Assembly (NCBI GenBank): GCA_964486745.1
Contig: CAZAOJ010000002.1
Coordinates: 2,958-66,957, forward strand
DNA: 64,000 nucleotides
Direction: 5' to 3'
From: an uncultured Arcobacteraceae bacterium
GTDB lineage: Bacteria > Campylobacterota > Campylobacteria > Campylobacterales > Arcobacteraceae
Positions 29,417 through 37,101 of the stretch are shown here, piece by piece (the stretch's first letter is position 1; each line of letters opens with the position of its first letter). The position numbers were made by a program, and so were the translations under genes. A model generated the notes under the pieces. It had not been told where the DNA came from. It ran no database searches and worked only from the letters and a program-made list of their open reading frames with translations.

Positions 29417-30151
29417 ATGGAAATATATCTACTATATTTTTTTGTAACACTATTTTTTTCAACTTTATTCGCTATGGGTGGAGTTGGAAGTGCAGTTGCA
29501 CTTGTATCAATATTTCCAATGATGGGACAAAGTTTTGATCTTTCTAAGGCTTTAGCTTTATTTATAAATACATCTTCAATGATTAGTACATCTATTATGA
29601 ATTTTAAAAGAGGTATGTTAGATTTTAAATTTGCCATGCCTTTGGTTATTTCAGTTCTGATAGCAACACCTATTGGCGCAGTTTTATCTCAATATGTAAA
29701 TCATATATATTTACAGTGGCTATTAGTTTGTTTTTTATTAATTAGTGCTAGTTTACTTTTATTTGGTAAAAAAGAGGCCAAAACTGTATATACAAAAGTA
29801 TGGATATTATATTTTATAGGTTTTAGTGTTGGAATTATTTCTGGTATGCTTGGAGTTGGTGGTGGAAGTTTAATTATGCCACTTTTGATTTTACTTGGAT
29901 TTGATGCAAAAAAAGCTGCCTATGCTGTTAGTTTTGTAATACCCTTTTCAACTTTTGGTGCATTTTTGACATATCTTCAATTTGTTCAAATAGATTGGAT
30001 TTTATTAGGGGTTGTTACTGTTGCTGCACTTATTGGTGGATATATTGGTGGTAAAATTATGCACTATAAGTTGGATCAATCACAAGTAAAAAAACTTATT
30101 GCAATAGTTTTATATCTAGTTGCTATTAAAATGATTTTATCTTTGATTTAG
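29417..30151 (+). CDS. TauE/SafE-family anion exporter (DUF81)
   Basis: 244 aa, ~7-8 TM, with a repeated G-x-GG-G motif (AMGGVGSA; GMLGVGGGSLIMP). Confidence 0.75.
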   Translation: MEIYLLYFFVTLFFSTLFAMGGVGSAVALVSIFPMMGQSFDLSKALALFINTSSMISTSIMNFKRGMLDFKFAMPLVISVLIATPIGAVLSQYVNHIYLQWLLVCFLLISASLLLFGKKEAKTVYTKVWILYFIGFSVGIISGMLGVGGGSLIMPLLILLGFDAKKAAYAVSFVIPFSTFGAFLTYLQFVQIDWILLGVVTVAALIGGYIGGKIMHYKLDQSQVKKLIAIVLYLVAIKMILSLI

Positions 30152-30154
30152 TTT

Positions 30155-30841
30155 TTAAATATCTAATTGATCTAGTAAACTTTGAAAGTTTTTAATATGT
30201 ATTTTTTTTCTTGAGATATCAATAATCCCATCTTTTTTTAATTTTTGTAAACTTCTATTTACAACTTTTCTAACACTTCCAACCATAGCAGCTATATCTT
30301 CATGTTTTAAGTTATCAATTACATTTAACTTTGCAATCCCATTTTCAACTTGCGTAAATCTTGCAAATAGCTGTAAGACTCTTTGATAAACATCATAAAA
30401 AGATAAGCTTACAGCTAAGTTTTCCATTGATTTTAGTTTTGATGCCACATAAGAATAAAAATATTGTTTAAATTTTTCATCCTCATCTATCATCTTTTTT
30501 ACGTCATTCAAAGGAATTTGAACAATATGTGCATCCTCTAAAACTTCAGAGATATATTGATTTGGTTTACCATCTAAAAGAGAAACTACATCAAACATAT
30601 CTCCTCTACTTAGAAGATATAATGTTTGTTCTTTTGACGTATTAAAATCTATATCATAAATTTTTATTTTACCATCTAGTATGAAGTAAAAATATCTAGC
30701 TGTATCAGTATTATTTAAAGGGTCATCTCCAACTTTAAAAAAAAGATCTTTTTTATTTTTAATTTGAATTGGTAATTTATTTATTTGTTCTAAGACAAGA
30801 AGCTGATTATGATTATCTGCAGAGGTTATAATTTCGTTCAT
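30155..30841 (-). CDS. Crp/Fnr-family transcriptional regulator
   Basis: cNMP-binding beta-barrel (FFKVGD...YFILDGKIKIY...GDMFD) and C-terminal HTH (HEDIAAMVGSVRKVVNRSLQKLKKDG). No N-terminal Cys cluster, so it is not a classic O2-sensing Fnr. Confidence 0.85.
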   Translation of the reverse strand: MNEIITSADNHNQLLVLEQINKLPIQIKNKKDLFFKVGDDPLNNTDTARYFYFILDGKIKIYDIDFNTSKEQTLYLLSRGDMFDVVSLLDGKPNQYISEVLEDAHIVQIPLNDVKKMIDEDEKFKQYFYSYVASKLKSMENLAVSLSFYDVYQRVLQLFARFTQVENGIAKLNVIDNLKHEDIAAMVGSVRKVVNRSLQKLKKDGIIDISRKKIHIKNFQSLLDQLDI

Positions 30842-30852
30842 ATAGAATCATA

Positions 30853-30880
30853 CACAAAAATAGCTTAAGCTATTTTTGTG
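30853..30880 (-). terminator. perfect 12-bp palindrome (CACAAAAATAGC-TTAA-GCTATTTTTGTG) at the hsp20 operon 3' end and crp/fnr 5' region
   Basis: Read directly. It overlaps the last codons and stop of the 30870..31556 CDS and lies 12 nt upstream of the crp/fnr-family start. It could be a terminator or an operator. Confidence 0.45.
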
Positions 30881-31556
30881 TTTTAGGTTTATTTTTTGGT
30901 ATAGTTATATTTAATATACCTTTAGAGTATTTACTTGTAAGTTTATCTATATTTGCATCATTAGGTAATGTAAATATTCTACTAAAACTTTGTACATATC
31001 TCTCTTTTTGAATATAATTTGTATCTTTTTTATCTGTATTTTTTTGACTTGTTGCATTTATAGATAGTAAATGATCTTTTGCCTCAATTTTTATATCTTT
31101 TTCTTCAACACCAGGTATTTCTAAAGTTACTATATATTTATCTTTTTGCTCTTTTAAATCGGATAATGGAGCAAAACTCATAGAACTAAATGAATCTTTA
31201 AAAAATGGATCATTAGCAAACATTGAATTAAATGAAGCAAAACTTCTCATCATCTCATCTTGCATCTTTCTTATTTCTACAAAAGGATCATGAATTGTAT
31301 GTTCACTTTTTACATTTTGCACAAGTTCTTCCTTTTGCTCCTTTTTTTCAATTTTACTATTATCATTAATATTTGAAACAACTTTTTTTACTTCTAAATT
31401 ATCATCTGCAATCAAACCTACTGTTTCATTAGAATTAGTTGCAACATTACTAACATTATTTGTCTTTAAATCGTATATAAAATATCCCTGTATTGCTACA
31501 ACAAATGCCAAAATAAAAAGTAAAAATTTAAATCTTTGCGAACTATTTGTTCCCAT
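30870..31556 (-). CDS. Hsp20/alpha-crystallin protein with N-terminal membrane anchor or signal and long linker
   Basis: N-terminal hydrophobic helix FKFLLFILAFVVAIQGYFIY. C-terminal ACD reads DKYIVTLEIPGVEEKDIKIEAKDHLLSINA...ERYVQSFSRIFTLP...GILNITIPK. Confidence 0.8.
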   Translation of the reverse strand: MGTNSSQRFKFLLFILAFVVAIQGYFIYDLKTNNVSNVATNSNETVGLIADDNLEVKKVVSNINDNSKIEKKEQKEELVQNVKSEHTIHDPFVEIRKMQDEMMRSFASFNSMFANDPFFKDSFSSMSFAPLSDLKEQKDKYIVTLEIPGVEEKDIKIEAKDHLLSINATSQKNTDKKDTNYIQKERYVQSFSRIFTLPNDANIDKLTSKYSKGILNITIPKNKPKTQK

Positions 31557-31568
31557 TTTAAATCCTTT

Positions 31569-31994
31569 CTATTTTATTGAAATAGATTTAGGTTTAGATT
31601 TTTTAGTTTTTTGTAATTCTACTTCTAATCTACCATTTTCATATTTTGCATCAATTTTTTTAGTATCAATATTGTCTGGAATTGTATATCTTCTTTCAAA
31701 TTTTCCAAAAGAGCTTTCACAAATATAATAATCATCTCTACTTAACTCTTTTTGATACTTTCTAATTGCACTAACAACCAACATATTATCTTCTATCTTA
31801 AGATCAATGTCCTCCTTTTTAACACCAGGTAAATCAATCTCTACATGAAAACTACTATCATCTTTTTTTGCTAAATTTGAAAAAGGAAGATGACTAGCCA
31901 AGTTTTTAAAAGTTTGAGTCGCTTTTTGAGAAACTGACTCAATCCCTTTTTCAATATCTTGTGTTAAATCTTTTGCTTTATTAATTATTTCCAT
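31569..31994 (-). CDS. Hsp20/alpha-crystallin small heat-shock protein
   Basis: FHVEIDLPGVKKEDIDLKIEDNMLVVSA...FGKFERRYTIP...NGRLEVEL. Confidence 0.88.
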   Translation of the reverse strand: MEIINKAKDLTQDIEKGIESVSQKATQTFKNLASHLPFSNLAKKDDSSFHVEIDLPGVKKEDIDLKIEDNMLVVSAIRKYQKELSRDDYYICESSFGKFERRYTIPDNIDTKKIDAKYENGRLEVELQKTKKSKPKSISIK

Positions 31995-32010
31995 AATACA
32001 CCTCCTAAAT

Positions 32011-32463
32011 TTATTTAATTTTTATTTTTTTATTTTTTTGCTCTTTTTGTTTTTGTAATTTTGGAACTACTACTTCAAGTACACCATCTGTTGATGAAGC
32101 ATGAATATTTTCAATATCTACATCTTCAGGTAATGCAAATGATCTTTTAAATACTCCATAACTACTTTCTATTTTGTAGTAATTTTCCTCTTTTAGTTCA
32201 TCTTTTATTTTTCTTTCACCTGAAATAATAAGATTATTGTCCTCAATTTGAATATCAATATCATCCTTACTCATTCCTGGTAAATCAACTTCGATATGAT
32301 AAGCAAACTCACCTTCTCTAGTATTTACACTTGGATTAAAATCAGTTTGAAATGTATCCGCATTAACTACTGGATTAAATTCATTTAACATTGAATTTAA
32401 TATATCAAAACCTCTTCTAAATTCTCTAAATTGTGTATTTGGATTGTATCTTGTTACTAACAT
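32011..32463 (-). CDS. Hsp20/alpha-crystallin small heat-shock protein
   Basis: YHIEVDLPGMSKDDIDIQIEDNNLIISGER...YGVFKRSFALP...DGVLEVVVPK. Confidence 0.9.
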   Translation of the reverse strand: MLVTRYNPNTQFREFRRGFDILNSMLNEFNPVVNADTFQTDFNPSVNTREGEFAYHIEVDLPGMSKDDIDIQIEDNNLIISGERKIKDELKEENYYKIESSYGVFKRSFALPEDVDIENIHASSTDGVLEVVVPKLQKQKEQKNKKIKIK

Positions 32464-32605
32464 TTTAAACTCCTTGTTTTTTATTTAATGAAATTCTATA
32501 TAATTTTATAAAATAGTTCTGCCACTTAGGTAGCATTTTGAGGAATTTCCAATTTTTCATTAAGTATATAAATCATATAATCTAAAAATAACAAAAGGAA
32601 TAACT

Positions 32606-33637
32606 ATGCAATACCCAACTACACTTAAAGATTCAAACTCTTTATTGGCAAAATATCTTACCCCAGAAATTTTTGAGAAATTAAAAGATAAAGTTACATC
32701 AAATGGTTTTACATTACAACAAGCAATAAATTCAGGTGTACAAAACCCAGATAGTGGAATTGGTGTATATGCTGGAGATGAAGAATCATACGAGATCTTT
32801 GATCTATTGTTTGATCCTATTATTCAAGAGTATCATGGGTTTAATAAGAATGATAAACATAAATCAAACTTAGATATAAGTCAGTTAAATATTTCAAATC
32901 CAGATCCAAAAAATGAATATATCTTATCAACTCGTATTAGGGTAGGAAGAAATGTAAAAGATATGCCATTAGGACCAGCTATTAGTAATACGCAAAGAGA
33001 TCAAATAGAAAAGGATGTATCAGATATATTAAGTAAATTTGATGGTAATTTAGCTGGAAAATATTTTCCGTTAAATAATATGAGTAAAGAGGATCAAGAA
33101 TCATTAATAAAAGATCATTTCTTATTCAAAGAGGGAGATAGATTTCTAGATGCAGCTGGACTTAATGCAGATTGGCCAAATGGAAGAGGTATATTTCATA
33201 ATAATGATAAAACATTTTTAGTATGGATTAATGAAGAGGATCAATTAAGAATTATCTCTATGCAAAGTGGCGCAGATATTAAAGAAGTATTTACAAGGTT
33301 AGTAGATGCAATTAATAAAATAGAAAAACAAATACCATTTTCTTATAACGATCATTTAGGGTTTATTACAAGTTGTCCTACAAATTTAGGAACGGCTATG
33401 AGAGCTAGTGTCCATATAAAGTTACCAAACTTAGGTTCTAATATGGAACAGTTTAAAGAAATTGCAAATAAATATAATGTACAAATCAGAGGTATACATG
33501 GTGAACACTCTAATAGTGAAGGTGGCATTTATGATATATCTAATAAAAGAAGATTAGGGGTTACAGAAGTTCAGTGTGTGCAAGATATGTATGATGGTAT
33601 TGTTGCTCTTATAAAAGCAGAAAAAGAGCTAGAATAG
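32606..33637 (+). CDS. eukaryote-type arginine kinase (two-domain phosphagen kinase)
   Basis: The full N-terminal guanidino-specificity domain is present (LAKYLTPEIFEKLKDK.T..GFTLQQAINSGVQNPDSGIGVYAGDEESY). The catalytic domain has STRIRVGRN, NEEDQLRIISMQ, CPTNLGTAMRASVH and RGIHGEHS. Confidence 0.9.
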   Translation: MQYPTTLKDSNSLLAKYLTPEIFEKLKDKVTSNGFTLQQAINSGVQNPDSGIGVYAGDEESYEIFDLLFDPIIQEYHGFNKNDKHKSNLDISQLNISNPDPKNEYILSTRIRVGRNVKDMPLGPAISNTQRDQIEKDVSDILSKFDGNLAGKYFPLNNMSKEDQESLIKDHFLFKEGDRFLDAAGLNADWPNGRGIFHNNDKTFLVWINEEDQLRIISMQSGADIKEVFTRLVDAINKIEKQIPFSYNDHLGFITSCPTNLGTAMRASVHIKLPNLGSNMEQFKEIANKYNVQIRGIHGEHSNSEGGIYDISNKRRLGVTEVQCVQDMYDGIVALIKAEKELE

Positions 33638-33638
33638 T

Positions 33639-34844
33639 TTAGTTTAGATCAGATTTTTCAAGTAAAGAGTTAGATATAGATTTTTTTGGATTTATATTTG
33701 CTTTTTGTTTGAAAGCTTCTACTTGTCTTATAAGATTATCTTTTCCATCACAAAGTTTATTTTGAGCATCTTCAAAACTTGAAGTTGCTTTTTTTAGGTT
33801 TGTACCAATATTATTTAGGTCTTCGGTGAAATTTACAAATTTAGTATATAGTTTTTCAGCTCGTTTTGTAACTTCTGTGATATTTTTTGCTTGTTTCTCA
33901 TATCTCCAGCTGTTTTCTACTGCTTTTAATGCTACAAGTAATGTAGTAGGGCTTACCAATACAATTTTCTTTTTAAAAGCTATATCAAATAGTGTTTTGT
34001 CATTTTCAAAAGCAAGAGTTAATGCACTTTCAATTGGTATAAACATAAAAATAAAATCTAAAGTATTTAATCCTTTTAGTTTTTCATAGTTCTTATTGCT
34101 TAAACCTAAAATATGGTTATTAATTGATTTTAAATGTTCATTTAAAAAATAGTTTTTTTCATTATGATCTTCACTACTTAAGTATTGTTCATAAGATATT
34201 AAAGATGTTTTAGCGTCAATTATAATATCTCTTTGTTGTGGAAGTTTTACTATAACATCAGGACGGTAAGATTTATTATTTTCATCTTTTAATGCAACTT
34301 CAGTAAAATATTCATAATCTTTTCGTAAACCTGAATTTTCTAATACCCTAGAAAGTATCATCTCCCCCCAGCTACCTTGAGTTTTATTATTACCTTTTAG
34401 TGCATTTGTAAGATTTGTAGCATCTTGGCTTAGTTGCATATTTAATTCTTTTAGATTTCCTAGTTCAGCTTGCAGCATTGCTCTATCTTTTGATTCTTTA
34501 TCATAAACATCTTCAACTTTTTTTCTAAATGATTCGATTTGATCTTTCATAGGAGTTAAAATATTATTTAAATCATAATTTGCTTGTTGGGAAAATTTTT
34601 TATTATTTTGTTCAAATATTTCATTTGCAATATTTTTAAATTCATTTTTTAATTTATGTTCATTTTGTTCCATATAATATAGTTTTTCTTTATATGCAAC
34701 AAGTTGAATTTCAAGTTGTTGAGTTGTTACTTGAAGTTGAGTATTTTGTTTTGTAAGTTTTGTATGTGAAATTAATAACCAAATAGTTGATATAATAAAT
34801 ATTGCAAGCAATACTATTAATATCAACTCAAGATCTATAATCAA
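33639..34844 (-). CDS. rmuC: DNA recombination protein RmuC
   Basis: N-terminal TM, long coiled coil, then the RmuC nuclease-like core (WGEMILSRVLE..GL...YRPDVIVKLP..R.IIIDAK). Confidence 0.88.
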   Translation of the reverse strand: MIIDLELILIVLLAIFIISTIWLLISHTKLTKQNTQLQVTTQQLEIQLVAYKEKLYYMEQNEHKLKNEFKNIANEIFEQNNKKFSQQANYDLNNILTPMKDQIESFRKKVEDVYDKESKDRAMLQAELGNLKELNMQLSQDATNLTNALKGNNKTQGSWGEMILSRVLENSGLRKDYEYFTEVALKDENNKSYRPDVIVKLPQQRDIIIDAKTSLISYEQYLSSEDHNEKNYFLNEHLKSINNHILGLSNKNYEKLKGLNTLDFIFMFIPIESALTLAFENDKTLFDIAFKKKIVLVSPTTLLVALKAVENSWRYEKQAKNITEVTKRAEKLYTKFVNFTEDLNNIGTNLKKATSSFEDAQNKLCDGKDNLIRQVEAFKQKANINPKKSISNSLLEKSDLN

Positions 34845-36121
34845 TCCAATAGCTCCTGTACTACTTGTTTATCTGAAAATGGGAGTTTTTGATCATATAT
34901 TATTTGAGCAGTTTCATCCCCTTTTCCTAAAATTAGAACTACGCTATTATCTTCTATTTTTGATAAAGCTATCACTATAGCTTTTTTTCTATTTATTTCT
35001 ACAGTAACATTGTCTTGTTTTTTTATACCTTTTAAAATATCATCAACAATAATGTCTGGATCTTCAAATCTTGGATTATCGCTTGTCACAATAATATCTT
35101 TACAAAATTCAGAAGCAATTTTTCCCATAATAGGACGTTTGGTTCTATCTCTATCTCCTCCTGCTCCAAATACACATATAATATCTTTATCTGTAAAACT
35201 TTCAAATACTTTTTTCATACCATCAGGAGTATGTGCAAAATCTACTATTACAAGTGGGTTATGTGATATAATTTCCATTCTACCAGATACTCCAGCAAAA
35301 TTCTCAACTGCTGCAGCAATTTGTGCAAAAGGTTTTTTTGTAAGTATATGTGCTGCACTAAATGCTGCAACTATATTATATACATTAAATAGCCCATATA
35401 GATTTGATGTAAAATTAAATATTTCATTAAAATGTTGTAATACTATGTGGACACCATTTTTAAAGCTATATGCTTGTACTTTATAAGTTGCTGGATTATC
35501 AAGTCCATACGCAAATCCATTTTTACGACTAAATCTTACTTTAGGATCATCTTTATTGATTAGTTTTGGTGTATCATCTTTGAAAAATGAATTTTTTACA
35601 TTGATATATTCTTGTAATGTTTTATGATAATCTAAATGATCTTGAGTAATATTTGTATGAATTTTTAATGCGAATTTCAAACCCTCAATTCTCTTTTGTA
35701 CAATTGCATGAGAACTAACTTCCATAATAAAAAAGTCACAACCATTTTGTATTGCTTCTTGAATATGTGCAAAGTTTGCTAGTTGAACTGGCGTTGTTAA
35801 ACTATATTCTTCAATTCTTTGATCATTAATGAAAAAGCCTCTTGTCCCTTGTAGCGCAACATTATATCCCAAGTCTAATAATATTGAATACAAAGCTGCA
35901 GCAGTTGTAGTTTTACCATTTGTTCCAGTAATACCAACAATCTTTATAGATGAATTATCAATAAAGTTTTTTAGATCATTAGATTTTATAATATCTTGAG
36001 CATTATTGTCTTTGGCATTTTGTATAAATTTTTCATTTTCATGATTATATACAAATATTGTATTTTCATCTACTTCTTGTGAGTTATCAGTAAAAAACTG
36101 ATTATTTAATTTAATTTTCAT
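34841..36121 (-). CDS. murE: UDP-N-acetylmuramoyl-L-alanyl-D-glutamate--2,6-diaminopimelate ligase
   Basis: GITGTNGKTTT P-loop, Mur ligase middle and C domains, DNPR motif (SDNPRFEDP) typical of mDAP-adding MurE. Confidence 0.9.
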   Translation of the reverse strand: MKIKLNNQFFTDNSQEVDENTIFVYNHENEKFIQNAKDNNAQDIIKSNDLKNFIDNSSIKIVGITGTNGKTTTAAALYSILLDLGYNVALQGTRGFFINDQRIEEYSLTTPVQLANFAHIQEAIQNGCDFFIMEVSSHAIVQKRIEGLKFALKIHTNITQDHLDYHKTLQEYINVKNSFFKDDTPKLINKDDPKVRFSRKNGFAYGLDNPATYKVQAYSFKNGVHIVLQHFNEIFNFTSNLYGLFNVYNIVAAFSAAHILTKKPFAQIAAAVENFAGVSGRMEIISHNPLVIVDFAHTPDGMKKVFESFTDKDIICVFGAGGDRDRTKRPIMGKIASEFCKDIIVTSDNPRFEDPDIIVDDILKGIKKQDNVTVEINRKKAIVIALSKIEDNSVVLILGKGDETAQIIYDQKLPFSDKQVVQELLD

Positions 36122-36693
36122 TTTACTACTTCTAGTTTTTTATATAAATTCTCGATTTTATTATCAAAAGCAAAATGCTTATCATATGTTTCAAGATAAG
36201 ATAAAGCTGTAGTTGTAAAATCATTATCAATAAGTTGCTCTACAAAGTTACAGAAATCATTTTTATTATAGATTGCAACTTTTGTACTAAACATTATATC
36301 TTCAAATGCTATACGAAAAGAACCTCTTGATTCTATAAGTTGTAAAAAATCATCATATTCTATAGCATTTATATCTTCAGTTGTTGTAGTTGATATATCA
36401 TTCAATATTTTTGATATTTGTTCCACATCACCATCGTATGCATCAATTAATCCTACTATATATGATATGGCATTTTCTGGATCCTCAACTTTTGCTACAG
36501 AATAATAATCAAATAAACTTTGAGCCTTCTCTTCACTTTCAGTTGCTATATCACAAAATACTGCATATAAACCAATCTCTTCATTCTCTGGTTCTTCTTT
36601 CATTAGTTGTGCATATAAAAATAAGGCTTTATCATATTGTCTTGCTACAAAGTAAGCATTTGCATCTGATAATAATTTATTTTTATTAATCAT
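36118..36693 (-). CDS. acidic hypothetical protein (TPR-like N-terminus)
   Basis: 191 aa ORF overlapping the murE start and the nfu stop. No catalytic motif seen. Confidence 0.55.
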   Translation of the reverse strand: MINKNKLLSDANAYFVARQYDKALFLYAQLMKEEPENEEIGLYAVFCDIATESEEKAQSLFDYYSVAKVEDPENAISYIVGLIDAYDGDVEQISKILNDISTTTTEDINAIEYDDFLQLIESRGSFRIAFEDIMFSTKVAIYNKNDFCNFVEQLIDNDFTTTALSYLETYDKHFAFDNKIENLYKKLEVVK

Positions 36694-36977
36694 TAAACTA
36701 ATTCTCCCATTTTATCTTCCATTCCAATAGGAACATTAATAATTCTAAGTTCTGGATGAATAGCAGACTTAATCTCTTTTTCAACAATAAATTTTAGTGT
36801 ACTACTACTAGCAGCACACCCAATACATGAACCTTGAAGTTGTACAAATATATTTCCATTTTCAATTTTTAGTAAAGATATAGCACCACCATCTTGAGCA
36901 AGCATTGGAGAAACTTTATTTTTTATAATTGTTTCAACTGGTTCTTGTAAATCTTCATCACTAAACGGTATACTCAT
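36693..36977 (-). CDS. NifU C-terminal-domain (Nfu-type) Fe-S scaffold/carrier protein
   Basis: 94 aa. ML..DGG...L......V.L.GSCIGCAAS..TLK motif. Confidence 0.85.
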   Translation of the reverse strand: MSIPFSDEDLQEPVETIIKNKVSPMLAQDGGAISLLKIENGNIFVQLQGSCIGCAASSSTLKFIVEKEIKSAIHPELRIINVPIGMEDKMGELV

Positions 36978-36978
36978 A

Positions 36979-37101
36979 TTATTTAATTTCCTTTTTTGCT
37001 TTATTTGATTTTTTAATCATTACTATAAAAATAGCACTCAAACCTAAAATTACACCTATAGTTTCAAATATAAATGTTAAAGTTACAGGTTGATTAAGCA
37101 C
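36979..37101 (-). CDS. candidate 40-aa single-TM small protein between ileS and nfu (GTG or TTG start)
   Basis: GAGGT 6 nt upstream of the GTG at 37101 (TTG at 37104). Peptide (M)LNQPVTLTFIFETIGVILGLSAIFIVMIKKSNKAKKEIK*. Its stop lies 1 nt before the nfu ATG, suggesting translational coupling. The start overlaps the ileS stop. Confidence 0.35.
   Translation of the reverse strand: MLNQPVTLTFIFETIGVILGLSAIFIVMIKKSNKAKKEIK

Noticed and set aside
32464-32605. Heat-shock operator (CIRCE or HAIR) or sigma54 promoter in the hsp20 / arginine kinase divergent region
   Set aside because: No TTAGCACTC-N9-GAGTGCTAA or CTTGAGT-N7-ACTCAAG match is present. A TGGCAG element occurs on the hsp20 strand, but the -12 GC is missing at the required GG-N10-GC spacing.
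32606-33637. Interpreting the guanidino kinase as a McsB-type protein arginine kinase, given the adjacent chaperone genes
   Set aside because: The protein has the complete N-terminal substrate-specificity domain and the loop of free-arginine kinases. McsB lacks that domain and instead carries a distinct C-terminal dimerisation domain.
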